Part shown: positions 27,064 to 39,062 of the stretch, piece by piece
Position numbering within the stretch: position 1 is the first letter of the stretch
Layout: every line of letters starts with the position of its first letter
Source of the DNA: Lepidodermella squamata
Taxonomy: Eukaryota > Animalia > Gastrotricha
Direction of reading: 5' to 3'
Assembly (NCBI GenBank): GCA_047495785.1
Contig: JBLDXI010000001.1
Span: forward strand, 4,588,001-4,652,000
Length of the DNA: 64,000 bases
Program-made: the position numbers and the translations under genes
Notes under the pieces: generated by a model
What the model was told of the DNA's origin: nothing
Database searches by the model: none
The model's input: only the letters and a program-made list of their open reading frames with translations

Positions 27064-28410
27064 ATGTCGCCTGGAGTGATCAACTTTCCGCAAATCGCTT
27101 TTCTCACTCTGCTATATCTGCTGCAAGCCTTTCTGTTGTCGAGCGTTTACAGCAATCCTTCAATTTGCATCAAGCAGAATGGCTATTGCACTTCCTTCAC
27201 GCAATGCTGCTCAAAGTTAGTTCATAGATGTTGAAAAGATGTTGAAAAGTTACAACAGGAGCTTCAGTACGACATTGATCAATTGAGTGTCTGGCTCGCA
27301 GCGAACAGTCTAATGGTAAACGGGAAAAAATCGCAGATGATTGTTTTGCCAACCGACTACAACACCACTTCCCCACCTAAATTCGAAATCAAAATTGACG
27401 GCTGCTTGATCGGAACAACGTCATCACTCAAAGTCTTGGGGTTTACTCTTGACAATAAATTGGGATTTAAGGAACATTTAAGGGGGGTGAAAAACAAATC
27501 ACGTAGTGGCTTATTCGGACTGAGGATCGCTGCTAAATACCTTGATCGAAAGACTCTCAAACTCATGGCAAATGGCCTAATATTCTGCCACTTAATGTAC
27601 TGCGATACAACTCTCTCGCAGCTGGCACCGACCAAGCTCAGCAAACTACAACGTCGCCAAGACCAGGCCGTAAGAATCATTTGCCACGCTCCGATGAACG
27701 CGGACCCCGCACCGCTAAGACAAAAACTCGGATGGCTGGATCTTGACGGAAAACGAAAAGTTCACCTGGCAACACTGATCTGGCGCTGCATTAATGGTGA
27801 GGCCCCGGTAGCCATAGCCAACTTCTTCAAACTTCGAACCGCACCAATGGCTTCTACCCGCAAACAAAACGCCCTCAAAGAACTCTCAAACATCCTAGAG
27901 GTGCCCAGGACTAAGTCAGCGATCATGGATCGGTGTTTGGCTCACCATGGATCGGTATTTTGGAACTCTCTCCCCGACCACATCCGCACATCCAAAACTG
28001 CCGACCAATGCAGAAACTTGGTTTACCGTCACCTGCTTACACAACAAAAAGAACTTACCTCAAATACCGCCGCCTGAAACCAGAAGACAAGAGCATCTGC
28101 ATTTTATATTTTTATATTGATCCTGCTACAAACCAACATTCATCACAATTGTTTTCTTTGTTGAGCTATCTTCTTTTTTATACATATAAGTTACATGATG
28201 TTTTATAACTATCTAATCTTGTGTACAGTTTAAATCGAACCTAACTAATCCATTGTCTTTTTTTACAGCTGAGCTTTCCAACTTTTTCTAAAAACGGATG
28301 AATGGCTCATAAATAAATAAATAAATAAATCATAAATTAAAAAGGCATTCAATCAATTATAGGATTCCATGTTTTTCAGCGTTTGTGACGACTCGTTCTA
28401 TTGTAACTGA
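27064..28410 (+). CDS. Knottin (ICK) peptide precursor K2; intron 27216-28379 enlarged by a LINE insertion
   Basis: MSPGVINFPQIAFLTLLYLLQAFLLSSVYS-NPSICIKQNGYCTSFTQCCSNVCDDSFYCN*; both splice sites are intact. Confidence 0.85.
27227..28329 (+). mobile_element. 5'-truncated non-LTR retrotransposon (CR1/L2-like), RT C-terminal part, 3'UTR and (TAAA)n tail
   Basis: ORF 27283-28077 (WLAANSLMVNGKKSQM, LKVLGFTLDNKLGF, FWNSLPDHIR); tail at 28311-28329; TCATA duplicated at 27222-27226 and 28330-28334. Confidence 0.92.
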
Positions 28411-29952
28411 GTGTCTATAAATAAGACTGGTTTGCGGTGCAATTCAGTGATTCGATTAAATTTTTCCTGGCTCTAGTAGCTAATGCGAAGTTGAATGCAA
28501 TCAATAAATGGAATAGATTTCCGTCCAATTTCTCCAATTGTTGTGTTTTGCAGTTGTTTTTCTAGCAATTTTCAACGGTTTAACGTCTGAAACGATACAT
28601 TCATGTCTGAAGTCCGAAGCGGTTAATCTGATCTCTATGATCGCATGAGATCACCGGAATAAGACATAGAGACGCATGACATCTCTGAGATGCAAAATTT
28701 AACTTCCTGATGTTTGAGTCATAGATAATGGTGATATCCTTAGGGAAATGTCTCCTTGTGCGACGAATTTGAAAAGTATCCCAAGTTAGGACTGCTCCGC
28801 GGAAACGGTGAAGAATGGCGCTGATTTGGTGGTTGATTCGAGGAGCGTTACAGAGTCCTGAAAATCGAGAAATCAACGAAATTGACCAAGTACGTAGGAA
28901 TCGAAACCTGGCATTAAGATTTAAAACGAATACACCGGATAGCGGCACAAAAATCAACGATAGGACAATGTGCTGCGAATTAAATGCGATAAATGAGGGT
29001 TGCTGGGCCTTTAAAGTCGATCATGCAACCGTTACCTACCGCGACATTCAGCTCAGCATCCTCAAAATGCAGTTACAGAATTCTGAGATCTCATTATTCA
29101 CACTTCGCTTCCCTGATCAGCCTATAGCAATATGCTGCAATAAACCTTGGATTTAACATGATGGCTAACAACTAACAACTTCGATTGTTTTCGGTTTTTC
29201 CTGTTTATTTTTGTGATTTTTTCAGGGTTTTTCGAGCTTGCAAAAAGTTTCGTCTTAACGCAGCCATTTTATTGTCGAGTTAGGAATAGAGGCATTCAAT
29301 TAAACAATGGAATGCGAACGAAGGAATTCAAACTGTCGCTTATGTTTTTCTACAAATTTTTGAGGGCTTTGATCCTCACGTATGATGGAAACATCGCAGA
29401 AATTCAGTCAAAAAGATCAGCCATCTCAATCCAACTCCAGGCACAATATTAACAAGGATAACAAGTCGCAACCACCGCTAACGCGTAGCTTCAGAAAATA
29501 AACTCAACTTCAAATAGAAGGATAACACACTCGAAATCGTATTCGTTCCCAAACCTAAAAAATTAGATAACAAGCTAATCAGTTTGTAACACTCTATCTC
29601 TATTCAATCATTTTGCCCTAATTAATTTTTGAAATTTCGCTCAGATAATGATTCATTGTTGTTTTCACAGAGCACGACAAGTGCAGGCGGTGGGTATAAA
29701 AAACCTGTAGCCATCATGTGATCAAAGCGCGACACAAACCACCGGCCGCATTTGCCCTACCGACAAGACAATCACAGGCTATTGTTTTCGGGCTAATTTT
29801 ACACCAATGTCAGCTCACTTCGCTAGGCTGACGAATTTGACCGAATTCACCCAGGGTATAAATTGTCTCGCCCGGCGGTTGTTCAAGCATGAGTTGCTTA
29901 TTCTTCCTAAAAATCTTGCCTTAACTATCTGAAGTCTGAAGCTATCTGAATC

Positions 29953-30189
29953 ATGTCACCTGGTGTAATGAACTTCCCGCAAATCGTTGTTATCGCTCTG
30001 CTCTTTCTGCTGCAAGCCTTCCTGTCTTCAAACGTTTACGGCGATCCTTCAATTTGCGTCCCGTTGAATGGCTACTGTACTTCCTTCACGCAATGCTGCT
30101 CCAAGTTAGTTCATCAATTGAAATCATTAAAATAAATTATGAATTGCATTTGTTCCAGCGTTTGTGACGACTCATTCTATTGCAACTGA
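29953..30189 (+). CDS. Knottin (ICK) peptide precursor K3; intron 30105-30158
   Basis: Signal peptide plus DPSICVPLNGYCTSFTQCCSNVCDDSFYCN*. Confidence 0.9.
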
Positions 30190-31285
30190 GTGACGACTAG
30201 TATTGCGGAGATTTGATAACATTTTTTGGCTCTAGTAGCTATCGCGAAGTTGAAAACAATCAATAAATGGAATGGATTTCCCTCCTACTTCTCCTATTGT
30301 TGTTTTATACAAATTTTCCAGCGATTCTCATCGGTTTAGTATGAATACGAAAGATTCCTTTCTGAAGCGTTTAAAATTTCAGCAGTTCAGACGCATGAAA
30401 GCCTTTCCCTGTCAACTGCCTCAAAGCTTGTTGTTATCGACCCAGAGCTGCCCCAATACCCGCTTAAAATGCGATTTTTTGTTGTTGTTTTACTCATTCA
30501 GTTATGCTGCCACTATCAAAAGCAGTATTCGGCTTTTTGACTGATTTAAACAGCGAGAACACGGCTAATGATTACGATGAACCGACAGGATTTTCGTTCA
30601 TGAGGGTGTTAACTGCTACACCATGTATCAATCCATCAACCCGCATTGGAGTAGGTTAGACATGATCAACCGAGCGAAATATTATTGCTGATTTGTTGAC
30701 AGAAAGATGAAAAGAGTGGTAAACTAGCCTAGCCACAATGGCTGCATGTCGCTGCGCAACTACAGCGCAACTACGACATGGCAGTCTATTTTGAGTAAAA
30801 TAATTCATTCATTTATTCAGAACCTTCGAACATCAAACTTCAAAGACTAATCAAAAGATATGATGGGCGTATTAGAAAGTTCATCGAAATAAACGTTAAA
30901 TAAAGTAGGCGCATTTTTTGTCCTTGATCAAAATACGATGATTAACTCAACTGATTCATTGTTGTTTTTTCTGTAGCTCACGACTTTTAAAAGCCACTGG
31001 CTAAAAAAACAAACACTGCGCAATTCACGCGGTTTTCATTGTCTGGGTTTCATTCATTTGCGTCAAAAAGCAGGCCTAAAAATAAATGGCCATGCTATCA
31101 TGCTGTTGTTATCAAACCTATTTTGAATCTCCGGCCAGCCTACGCCAACATTTGAACCGGCTTTCGAAGCCAAATTTAGGGTATAAAAGCTCAGCCTACT
31201 GTCCAGTGACTGTGTATCAGCTTCTTGAGTCATTTAATTAAGGCGAAGTTTATATCAATTCAAACATCACAACATCCAGAGGAGA

Positions 31286-31522
31286 ATGTCAAAAGTAGCG
31301 TTGCAAATCTCATGCTTGGCTTTGGTGGCGATTACTCTGCTTCTACAAATGTTCATGCCTCAAGATGTCAACGGTGCTCCTTCAATTTGTATTGCAGCGA
31401 ACGATCACTGCACTTCCTTCACGCAATGCTGTTCCAAGTTAGTTGATCAGTTTCAAATTAAGGATCAATAATTTATTATCGGTTTTTCCAGCGTGTGTGA
31501 TCATACGTTTCACTGCAGCTGA
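31286..31522 (+). CDS. Knottin (ICK) peptide precursor K4; intron 31438-31491
   Basis: Signal peptide plus APSICIAANDHCTSFTQCCSNVCDHTFHCS*. Confidence 0.9.
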
Positions 31523-32045
31523 ACACCGAGAACTGACTCCAAACATTCAGAAACAATATATTTCTCATTCTATTCAAATTGTTAGCTGTTGAAAGTCACA
31601 TTTCAAATTCGAAATAAAAATAAAAATTCAAGGTTCCCATTGTCAAAAAAGTCACTTTATTATCGAAATCGTTAGAAAATTGAAAAATTGTAAGGTTGTT
31701 AACGAATTTCCAGGTTTCTAGGAAAAAGAAAGTCAACCCCTCCTATTTCAGCAATCCCTCCATTTTTTGTATCGCAACTTCCCAAATTTCTGCGAAACTT
31801 ATATACGATGAAGGAGCAGCCTTGTAATGCACAGAATAGCAACTCACTCACAAGCTAGAGTAACATATTGCGAGCTTTCTTTACTTGATACGGTAACTAT
31901 GATTCATGAATAATTCGAGAAATTGTAGTTTGGAGACTTGCTCTATTGGTAAATGTGAGATATTCTGGCTGGATCTTGCCGGCATATCAACTACAAACGG
32001 TAGCGACTGTTGAGAAAACGCGTTTTATCAGCTTATATTTGTCGC

Positions 32046-32324
32046 TCACTTGTTGAATTCGTTTGGAAGGAACAAAGCGAGACCGCCGTGTTGCAGCTCG
32101 AACGCGGTGGCGCCTTCAGCCTGATGGAAATATTCAGTTTGTCCGATGCAGGGCGTTTTGAACGACACCGAACCTCGCCATGTCTCTTCGTGGTTCGAGC
32201 AGCGATTCAGCGAGTGAAAAATCGCATCATTGAAGACTCTGTTATGAGCTATCGCAGGTCTGCATGAGACATGATTCACAGAAGAAGCAATAAACAATAG
32301 CGCTATAAGAAGCAGGCTCGTCAT
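32046..32324 (-). CDS. Secreted protein C4: N-terminal module of the long 4-Cys subfamily only
   Basis: SCRPA...RVFNDAIFHSLNRCS...TPCIG aligns with SCRP...RLSDTIFQALKQCS...TPCVG of C1-C3. No 4-Cys domain found downstream. Confidence 0.65.
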   Translation of the reverse strand: MTSLLLIALLFIASSVNHVSCRPAIAHNRVFNDAIFHSLNRCSNHEETWRGSVSFKTPCIGQTEYFHQAEGATAFELQHGGLALFLPNEFNK

Positions 32325-33153
32325 TTCGATATTGCTAAATGAGCTATGATAACTGATAACAAAAAGCACAACGTTATTCACAGGCAAGATCTTTATAAAC
32401 TATGAGCGTGGAAAATTGATAGATTGACAGGATGTAACATGTGACGCCTGACAGGAGTAAGGTGCTAACTAAAACTGAGTCTCGATTAGTGACATATCAA
32501 TAATGCATTTATAATCAATGATACACGCTCTATTTGAGGCAACCTGAACTATCATGAGTACGTGAATGCAAGAAAACAAAAGTTGCCACCAAAAACAAGA
32601 CATATCACGATCATCAAATCCGTTGTCTCTGATTTGTGACAGCAAATGACGCAGCCAAATGAGCTTCAGCGAAACGCGGAAAGGATTTGATTCAATTTCC
32701 GCGGACAAGGCAATTATAATGACGAGGCGGTGATTTCACAGTCCACGGACAGCCACGCATGATTTGTTCAGTTTGACAGTTGGTCCTGAAAAGATAGTTT
32801 AATATTGTCAAGGTAGGTGAAGAGAGCTTCAGTCGCCATGCGTATGAGAAACCCAAATGCTCCGCTATTTCATTCCTATTTGAGATTTGAGCATGTCTAC
32901 TACTTTCGTAAGTTCATTTTTTGTCTATGATCTATGACTATTTGTCTATGATATTAATACCACCTCGTTTTCGTGCCCAAAGCACAAAAACGCTCAGCGA
33001 ACCATAACTTGAAATAGAAAAGCAGGCATAGCAAGGTTTCCGACACAAGGGTCTTGTCTGCTTATACTGATATTTTCTATCATCAATTATCACGTAAGAG
33101 TCAAGGCAGGATCAAGGCAGGAAAAGGTCGACTTTCCCTTTTCCCTAATCAGT

Positions 33154-33534
33154 ATGCGAATATGCCTTTTCCTAACCATAATATCTGCCGTACCGCATGT
33201 TTCGCTATCTGCATACGGTCTTTTATTTGATCTGAACAGCGAGGCGAACGCCATTGATGGGCTCGATGGGCCGATTCAAGTAACTCTGGTTGCAAGTATT
33301 GATCCGGATGTACTGTGGCGCAGGCTGACTATGGTTAATGGAGCTGTGCGGACAAAGGTATCGGCAGATTTCTCAACGATGTTGCAGGAAGAACAAAGAA
33401 AATCGCCCGAACAACAGTGGTTAAAATTAGCTTCATCGCTTCAGCAGCAGAGAAAAAAATCTTGCGGGAGAAATGGCAGGCGGGGCAAAATTGTTGTCAC
33501 TGGCTCTTTCAATGTTGTAGACATTCCGAAGTAA
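33154..33534 (+). CDS. Secreted linear-peptide precursor F1, intronless
   Basis: Signal peptide, GLLFDLNSE, basic cluster, C-terminal GKIVVTGSFNVVDIPK*. Confidence 0.85.
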   Translation: MRICLFLTIISAVPHVSLSAYGLLFDLNSEANAIDGLDGPIQVTLVASIDPDVLWRRLTMVNGAVRTKVSADFSTMLQEEQRKSPEQQWLKLASSLQQQRKKSCGRNGRRGKIVVTGSFNVVDIPK

Positions 33535-34513
33535 GAAAAAAGATTGTAACAGCGCGATCGATCTATAATTGCTCGTTGAAGCTAGTTTAATAATCAAGAG
33601 AGGAATAAAATGAAATTTTCTCAGGCTTTGTGCTTTGCGATCACTTATTCCACAGCAGTTGAAGTTCACTGCTAAATTTCGAGCAGGCAGGCTAGTCGCC
33701 ATAACCGAATGCAGCAAATAACCGAAAAGCGATTAAGCATTGAAACGGGCTGAAAAAACCTCAATCGTCAATATAAAATATACAATTGAAGGGCCCGAGG
33801 ACAAAGAGAATAATTCCTAATGGAAATCCGTAGAACTCGAGTCGGAAGAGCAGAAATCCTGATAAAAGCTTGCCCACGGGTTCGGCATCTTCAGCAATTC
33901 GCATCACTTTTAACCTCGACTTGGACAACATTAATCTATACATGACGTTTACGCCTTTGATAATTCTTGTACTAGATGGTTTCAATGAACGCTATTTTGG
34001 GCGCAGGAATCGTCCGTCATGGGAAGCAGTTTGCACATCTGAAGTCTGCTCTCTGCTCACATAATTGTATTCACTCGCTTTCCCGGAAGTATCTGTCCCA
34101 GGGTCATCGGTCGACTCGCTCTGGATGAAATGACTTGCATTAGACTTGGATCAGATGCACTTATGTCTCGCTAAATAAATGGCAATCGAACGTCTGCGCT
34201 GAGCGCGAAAAGATCAATTTTAATAATTCGAAAGGTGGTGCAAAGTCTATTTCTCTAACTCAGAATAATCAGATCTGTCCCAAATGGACAGCGAAAAGTC
34301 CATTGTACCTGCAATTTCTTGTTATTTTGCGTGTGAAATATTGATCAACTTTTCGCAAACACACATGGCTTGTACGAAAACGGTAATGATTGATTGATCA
34401 TTTAAGCGATACGTAACTCAATTTCCGATGCTCACCGGTAATAGCTACGCGATAACGGACTAGAATCCTATTTAAATTCCATTCATTCAAGAAAACTGAG
34501 TCATTCCACAAAA

Positions 34514-34944
34514 ATGCTTTCAACTAGCGTAATGTTTATCATAGCTATTGCTTCAGGTGTTGCCTTATCCCGGCCCTTCAAAACTGATTTGGATGGCCAG
34601 ATTTCAGAGCGAAAGTTATTCCTGGTGGCGCTGAATGTCTTCAATGAGTCTCTAACGGCTGAACTTGGAGCTAGAACTGTAGTAGTACTTGATAATTTCA
34701 CGCGAAAGCAATGCCGAATGATCTGCAGGCGAGCGGTAAGAAAACTATTGAAATAGCATCTTCACCCGATTTATCCCATCCCATTTTGTAGAAGGTTCGA
34801 AGTTGCCTTCGTGAGAAACCTGCCGTTCGGCCGAAGTATATGAAAGCGAATTGTATAGATTCTACGAGTCGCCCAACTCTTCAAGAGTATGATTGCTTTT
34901 TATCTTATGACAATTCTCTTCAACTTCTGCTATTTCAGCATTGA
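34514..34944 (+). CDS. Secreted 4-Cys family member A4 (duplicate of A3); intron 34736-34791
   Basis: Spliced CRMICRRA|KVRSCLREKPAVRPKYMKANC, then an extended tail. Confidence 0.85.
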
Positions 34945-35515
34945 TCAAGCCGATTGGAAGTTTCTGTCAGAATTAACTGGATTATCGAGTGAGCTTTCTT
35001 GATTAGCTGCGGACCCTCGATGAACAAATTTTAAAATTCACACTATTATTTTCTATAAGATTAATCGAGAAATCGTTCTCATAGTCTTGTGGTGTGTGAT
35101 TCTAATTAGTTTCTAATAATAAAATTGTTTACCTTCTGAACAATTATTGCTCTATTTCCATGAGAATCTATTATCAAAGATCAAAGGAGCAAAACTTACG
35201 CTGACAGAATTAGGCGTATAACGATTCTGAAAGACAATAAATCTGGGAATTTTAATTTTGAAAGGATCTGAGGAATTTGGGATCCTCCTCCCTATTTGAG
35301 TGTTTGAGAAGGATGTCGCTATGAGGATATTCTTCCTACTTTCTTCTAATTGTTCAATAGCGTGTCGAGCGCTTGGTAACCCTAATAACCTTAGTAAAGT
35401 AGAAGTAACCCTAAGAAGCTGGCAAAATGTAATCATTTCAATCAATCGCAAAAGTAAAGGTAATAAATAAAAAAGTATTATTAAAGGATTATTAGGAAAT
35501 TATTTATTATAAATG

Positions 35516-35812
35516 TCATTTCATTTTCTCCAACCTCGAGAGAATAGACAACAGAAAGCTTTTTTGGCAACTGCTTCTTATTAAAGTCAAGCGACGAGCG
35601 ACAGATTGCTGACCCAGGCACTGAAGCATTCGTAAGTGAAAACCGGTGAAGCAGCGCACGCACAAATCACGTGAAATTTCATCGAAACCATCCATCGAAT
35701 TCCGAAATTCCGATTTGGTGAAATGATTCTCCTGTGTAGAAATAACGCATCGGGCTAAAAGAGAAAAACTTATAATTCCGCTGAAGATGAGTAAAGATTT
35801 CGAGTAAGCCAT
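35516..35812 (-). CDS. Secreted intronless divergent 4-Cys protein B2
   Basis: EISRDLCVRCFTGFHLRMLQCLGQQSVARRLTLIRSSC; paralog of B1; TATA near 35868. Confidence 0.8.
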   Translation of the reverse strand: MAYSKSLLIFSGIISFSLLARCVISTQENHFTKSEFRNSMDGFDEISRDLCVRCFTGFHLRMLQCLGQQSVARRLTLIRSSCQKSFLLSILSRLEKMK

Positions 35813-37146
35813 TATAGCAGTCGTCAAATCACTGGAAAAGTAAGCAATGCAGCTACCGCAGTTGTTATTATATAAGACGAAAACGTACCTGTAACTGGGT
35901 AAAATTAAATTCTCTGTAATTGGACGGAGATAGAGGCTACCTGCTAATACTAAGTGCTTACTGTCTTATCAATGACTGATATGTCAGTGGCAGTTTGATA
36001 TTTGGCGTCATAAAGTTGTAAAGAAACTGTTCACCGATCAGCTCCACGTGCGTTGCTCCATGCATTCACGTGCGTAAATTAAGGGTTTTTACTTCAGTTA
36101 TAGCAAATATGGACGCCGTTGAAAAAATAATTGATCCTATTTCAGACAACCCTGAGTTTGTTTTGTCTTTTTGACCAGTTTCATCACTTTTTAACTGTAG
36201 CGATGTAGCTTTCTAAAAATAAACACTCGCGGTATCCAAATTCTCCTGTCAAGTCTTTTAGGTCGAAAACAATCACCGTCAAGTCCGATCATGGAAATTC
36301 AACTTAATTTATTTAATGTGATGTGCGTGAAGTCGCTGTACCTGTACTCTTTCTTGTGAATTTGCGTGAACTTCGCGCTGACAGCTCAAGGATTACTGCT
36401 TGACGCTTATCTTTACTTCCTCGCAAGTTTAATTTTGACAGTATGGGTTTAGGCGGGCTGTTGTCACATCTGGGAGGCCAATCCGCCAGAAATTCCGCTA
36501 ATGCTAAAGGAATGCATTAGGTACTTTTCTCTCGCAAAGGTCCACAGATTTTGCAACTTGAACGTCGTAGCGCCTTTGGAATGTTGGAAACATTCGTTTA
36601 TACCGATTTAAATGACTGCTAAGCTCGCCAGGACCCTATCAGGACCTGAATAATCGCGTCGCTGAAAAGCCTGAATGTCATATTGCCGGTCCGCCTGAAG
36701 CGTAGATTACAGAAAAAACGTGAATAAGGCTTGTTTGGCTGCGTTGTTCACAGTCAAGATTGTACAAATTTAAAGGATTCCGTGGCTAAATAGGTGGAAC
36801 ACACGATGGATATTTATGTCATAGCAATAAATACAATCGTGTCTTATACGATTGTCAGATATATTCAAATTATCAACGCCTAGATTTAGATGTTAAGCCG
36901 ATTAATTAACAAAAATGAGCGTGGAATGAGTGGGTGGGCCTAGTAGGCCATAGTTTGTCAACAACGCATCGTATTACCTCAAATCCTGATGCAATTAATC
37001 AAAAAACGAAGTTGTCTTACTCCTTATGCCGATTTATCCGACAGGTGTCTCGATTTCTATCAATAATCAAAGAGCGTAAAATCCGTGTACAGCATAAGAA
37101 CGAATAAAAGACTGATTTGTTTCATCGACAACTATTGAAAACCAGA

Positions 37147-37515
37147 ATGCGAATCTACCTTATCCTAACTTTTATTTCTGCCGCGTTACGAGTTTCGCAG
37201 TCTGCTTTTGGTTTGTTACTTGATCTCAACAGCGAAGCGACCACTCTTGAGCTCGATGGGCAAACAACTGCGACTGCAAATACAAATCCTGTTGTCCTGT
37301 GGCGCAGGATGGCGATGATAAATAGAGCTTTGCGGACGCAAATATCTGCTGATTTATCAACCTTTATAAAGGATGGGCGAATGGCATTGGCTGGCCAACA
37401 GCGGTTAAGTGTCGCTTCGTCAATGCTGCAGCTGAAAATGCAACGACCACGAAAGAGTGAAAGCCGAGGCCGTATTGTTGTCACAGGATCTTTCGATGTC
37501 AGCATTCCAAAGTAG
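37147..37515 (+). CDS. Secreted linear-peptide precursor F2
   Basis: MRIYLILTFISAA...GLLLDLNSE...GRIVVTGSFDVSIPK*; AATAAA near 37566. Confidence 0.85.
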   Translation: MRIYLILTFISAALRVSQSAFGLLLDLNSEATTLELDGQTTATANTNPVVLWRRMAMINRALRTQISADLSTFIKDGRMALAGQQRLSVASSMLQLKMQRPRKSESRGRIVVTGSFDVSIPK

Positions 37516-37905
37516 GAGAAAATTGTTCCACGCAGATGGAAATGCAGTTTTAGGTGATTAATCATAATAAAATATGCGTGCCACTACAAAGTGAAACGTA
37601 AATTATGACCAGTTTTACTATTGACGAATGGACCTATTATTATTAAACGAGACGAGACCCAACAATTACAGGGTGCAAGATTTTTCAAATACTACCAAAC
37701 TTCGTTTTTCCACAGATCGGAACGAGGTGGCGAAATTTTTGAAAATTCGATCCACATCAAATAAACTTCGCCAATGTCTGCGAATCATCCGAACTATTTT
37801 ATTGTTCAATAGAAAGATCGAAGGACACCGGAAATAAAGCCACGCCTACATCTACACTTGCTCAATTAGAACGTTGCGAATGTTGCGAGGATCATCGATC
37901 CTCGA

Positions 37906-39062
37906 TCACCAATAGCAGTAACGCGTATCAATAAGCAAATCAGGTGTCGATTTGTGAATTTTACCTCGCTGAGTCGCCTCACGGCTGCTCATCTCCGAAA
38001 ATTCACACCAAAGTTCGCGAATTTTCGCTGTTCGTTCCGCTTCGAATGCTTTGCTGATAGCTTCTGACGACGAATCGAAATGATGCTGCAAGCGCAAGTT
38101 AGGACAATATCGCAGCGAATAATTGCAGCTGCTGTTGTTGTCCCAAAAATAAGCTGAAAAATATACAAAGAGACCCAAATGTATATAAATATATTAAAAA
38201 ATCTTAAAAATAGACAGACCCGAAAAAATTGTGAATGAATAGGTATAATTTTACAACTTCGGCCGACCCTTAAATTGGGTTCTCTGTGGCAAAAAATCTG
38301 GTTCTTGTATAAAAACTCGGTTAAATTCAAATGAGAACTAGTCAAACATTAACTATAACTTGCCATTTCGATCAGGGCAGTGGTAGCAGACGCAGAACTG
38401 AACGATGGTTCCAGGTTTGAGGTGAGGCAGAGGGATTTCGAAATCGAAGCGTTCAGACGTCGCGGCACCAGTTTCAGACTGATGATAACGAGCCACCCAG
38501 TCGTGAGACGTTAGCCAATTATCGAAAGTGATGCGAACAAAGACATCTTTCACGTAGGATAAATTGCGCACCCTAATCGAGCCTGTTATCAAATTCAGCC
38601 GACAGCGGACACTTTCAAGGGCGATTTTATTCGCATCGAGCCGCTCAGAAACCAGCTGGTCGCTTGGTTCCGCGAACAATTTCTCGAAGATATCTGCTTC
38701 ATTTGGAGCTTGGATGGGCGGGCTGAGCTGAAGGGAAGACCGCAGAGCTTGGGCAGCTCTTGACAACATTTGGGCCAGGGGTGACTTCGTTTCGGGTTCG
38801 AAGTGATGAACCACTGCCAGGGAACTGCCATTGTCATCAGCGAAACGGACACGCTTTTGCGATTTCGAGGCCTTTTTAGCTAGGTAGGCAGCCGATTCAC
38901 TGTTGCAGCGATCTCGGTTATCAAAGTTTGAATCTGCTTGACAACCAAGTTAGAGCGTGAGGAGAAATAGAGTAAAAGCTACTTACTCCATAAGACAAAA
39001 TCCCGTAAGATATCCGCTTCCGAGATGGCCAAAGCCTGTTGCGATGGCAAGAATGATGACAT
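37906..39062 (-). CDS. PPP1R3: Glycogen-targeting protein phosphatase 1 regulatory subunit (PPP1R3 family, CBM21); 3' end uncertain
   Basis: KRVRFAD (RVxF motif); GSIRVRNLSYVKDVFVRITFDNW; FCVCY; YFWDNNSSCNY. The last motif is joined through a GC-AG intron at 38363-38154. Confidence 0.88.

Noticed and set aside
27283-28077. 264-aa ORF as a host gene or a retron-like/defence RT
   Set aside because: It is the 3' part of a LINE ORF2 with a tail, a target duplication and a second copy at 52.5 kb.
31845-31905. Minus-strand SKESSQYVTLACE* as a missing last exon of C4
   Set aside because: Only weak similarity to SRMKYLAVSCG, it lacks the other cysteines, and no in-frame splice path was found.
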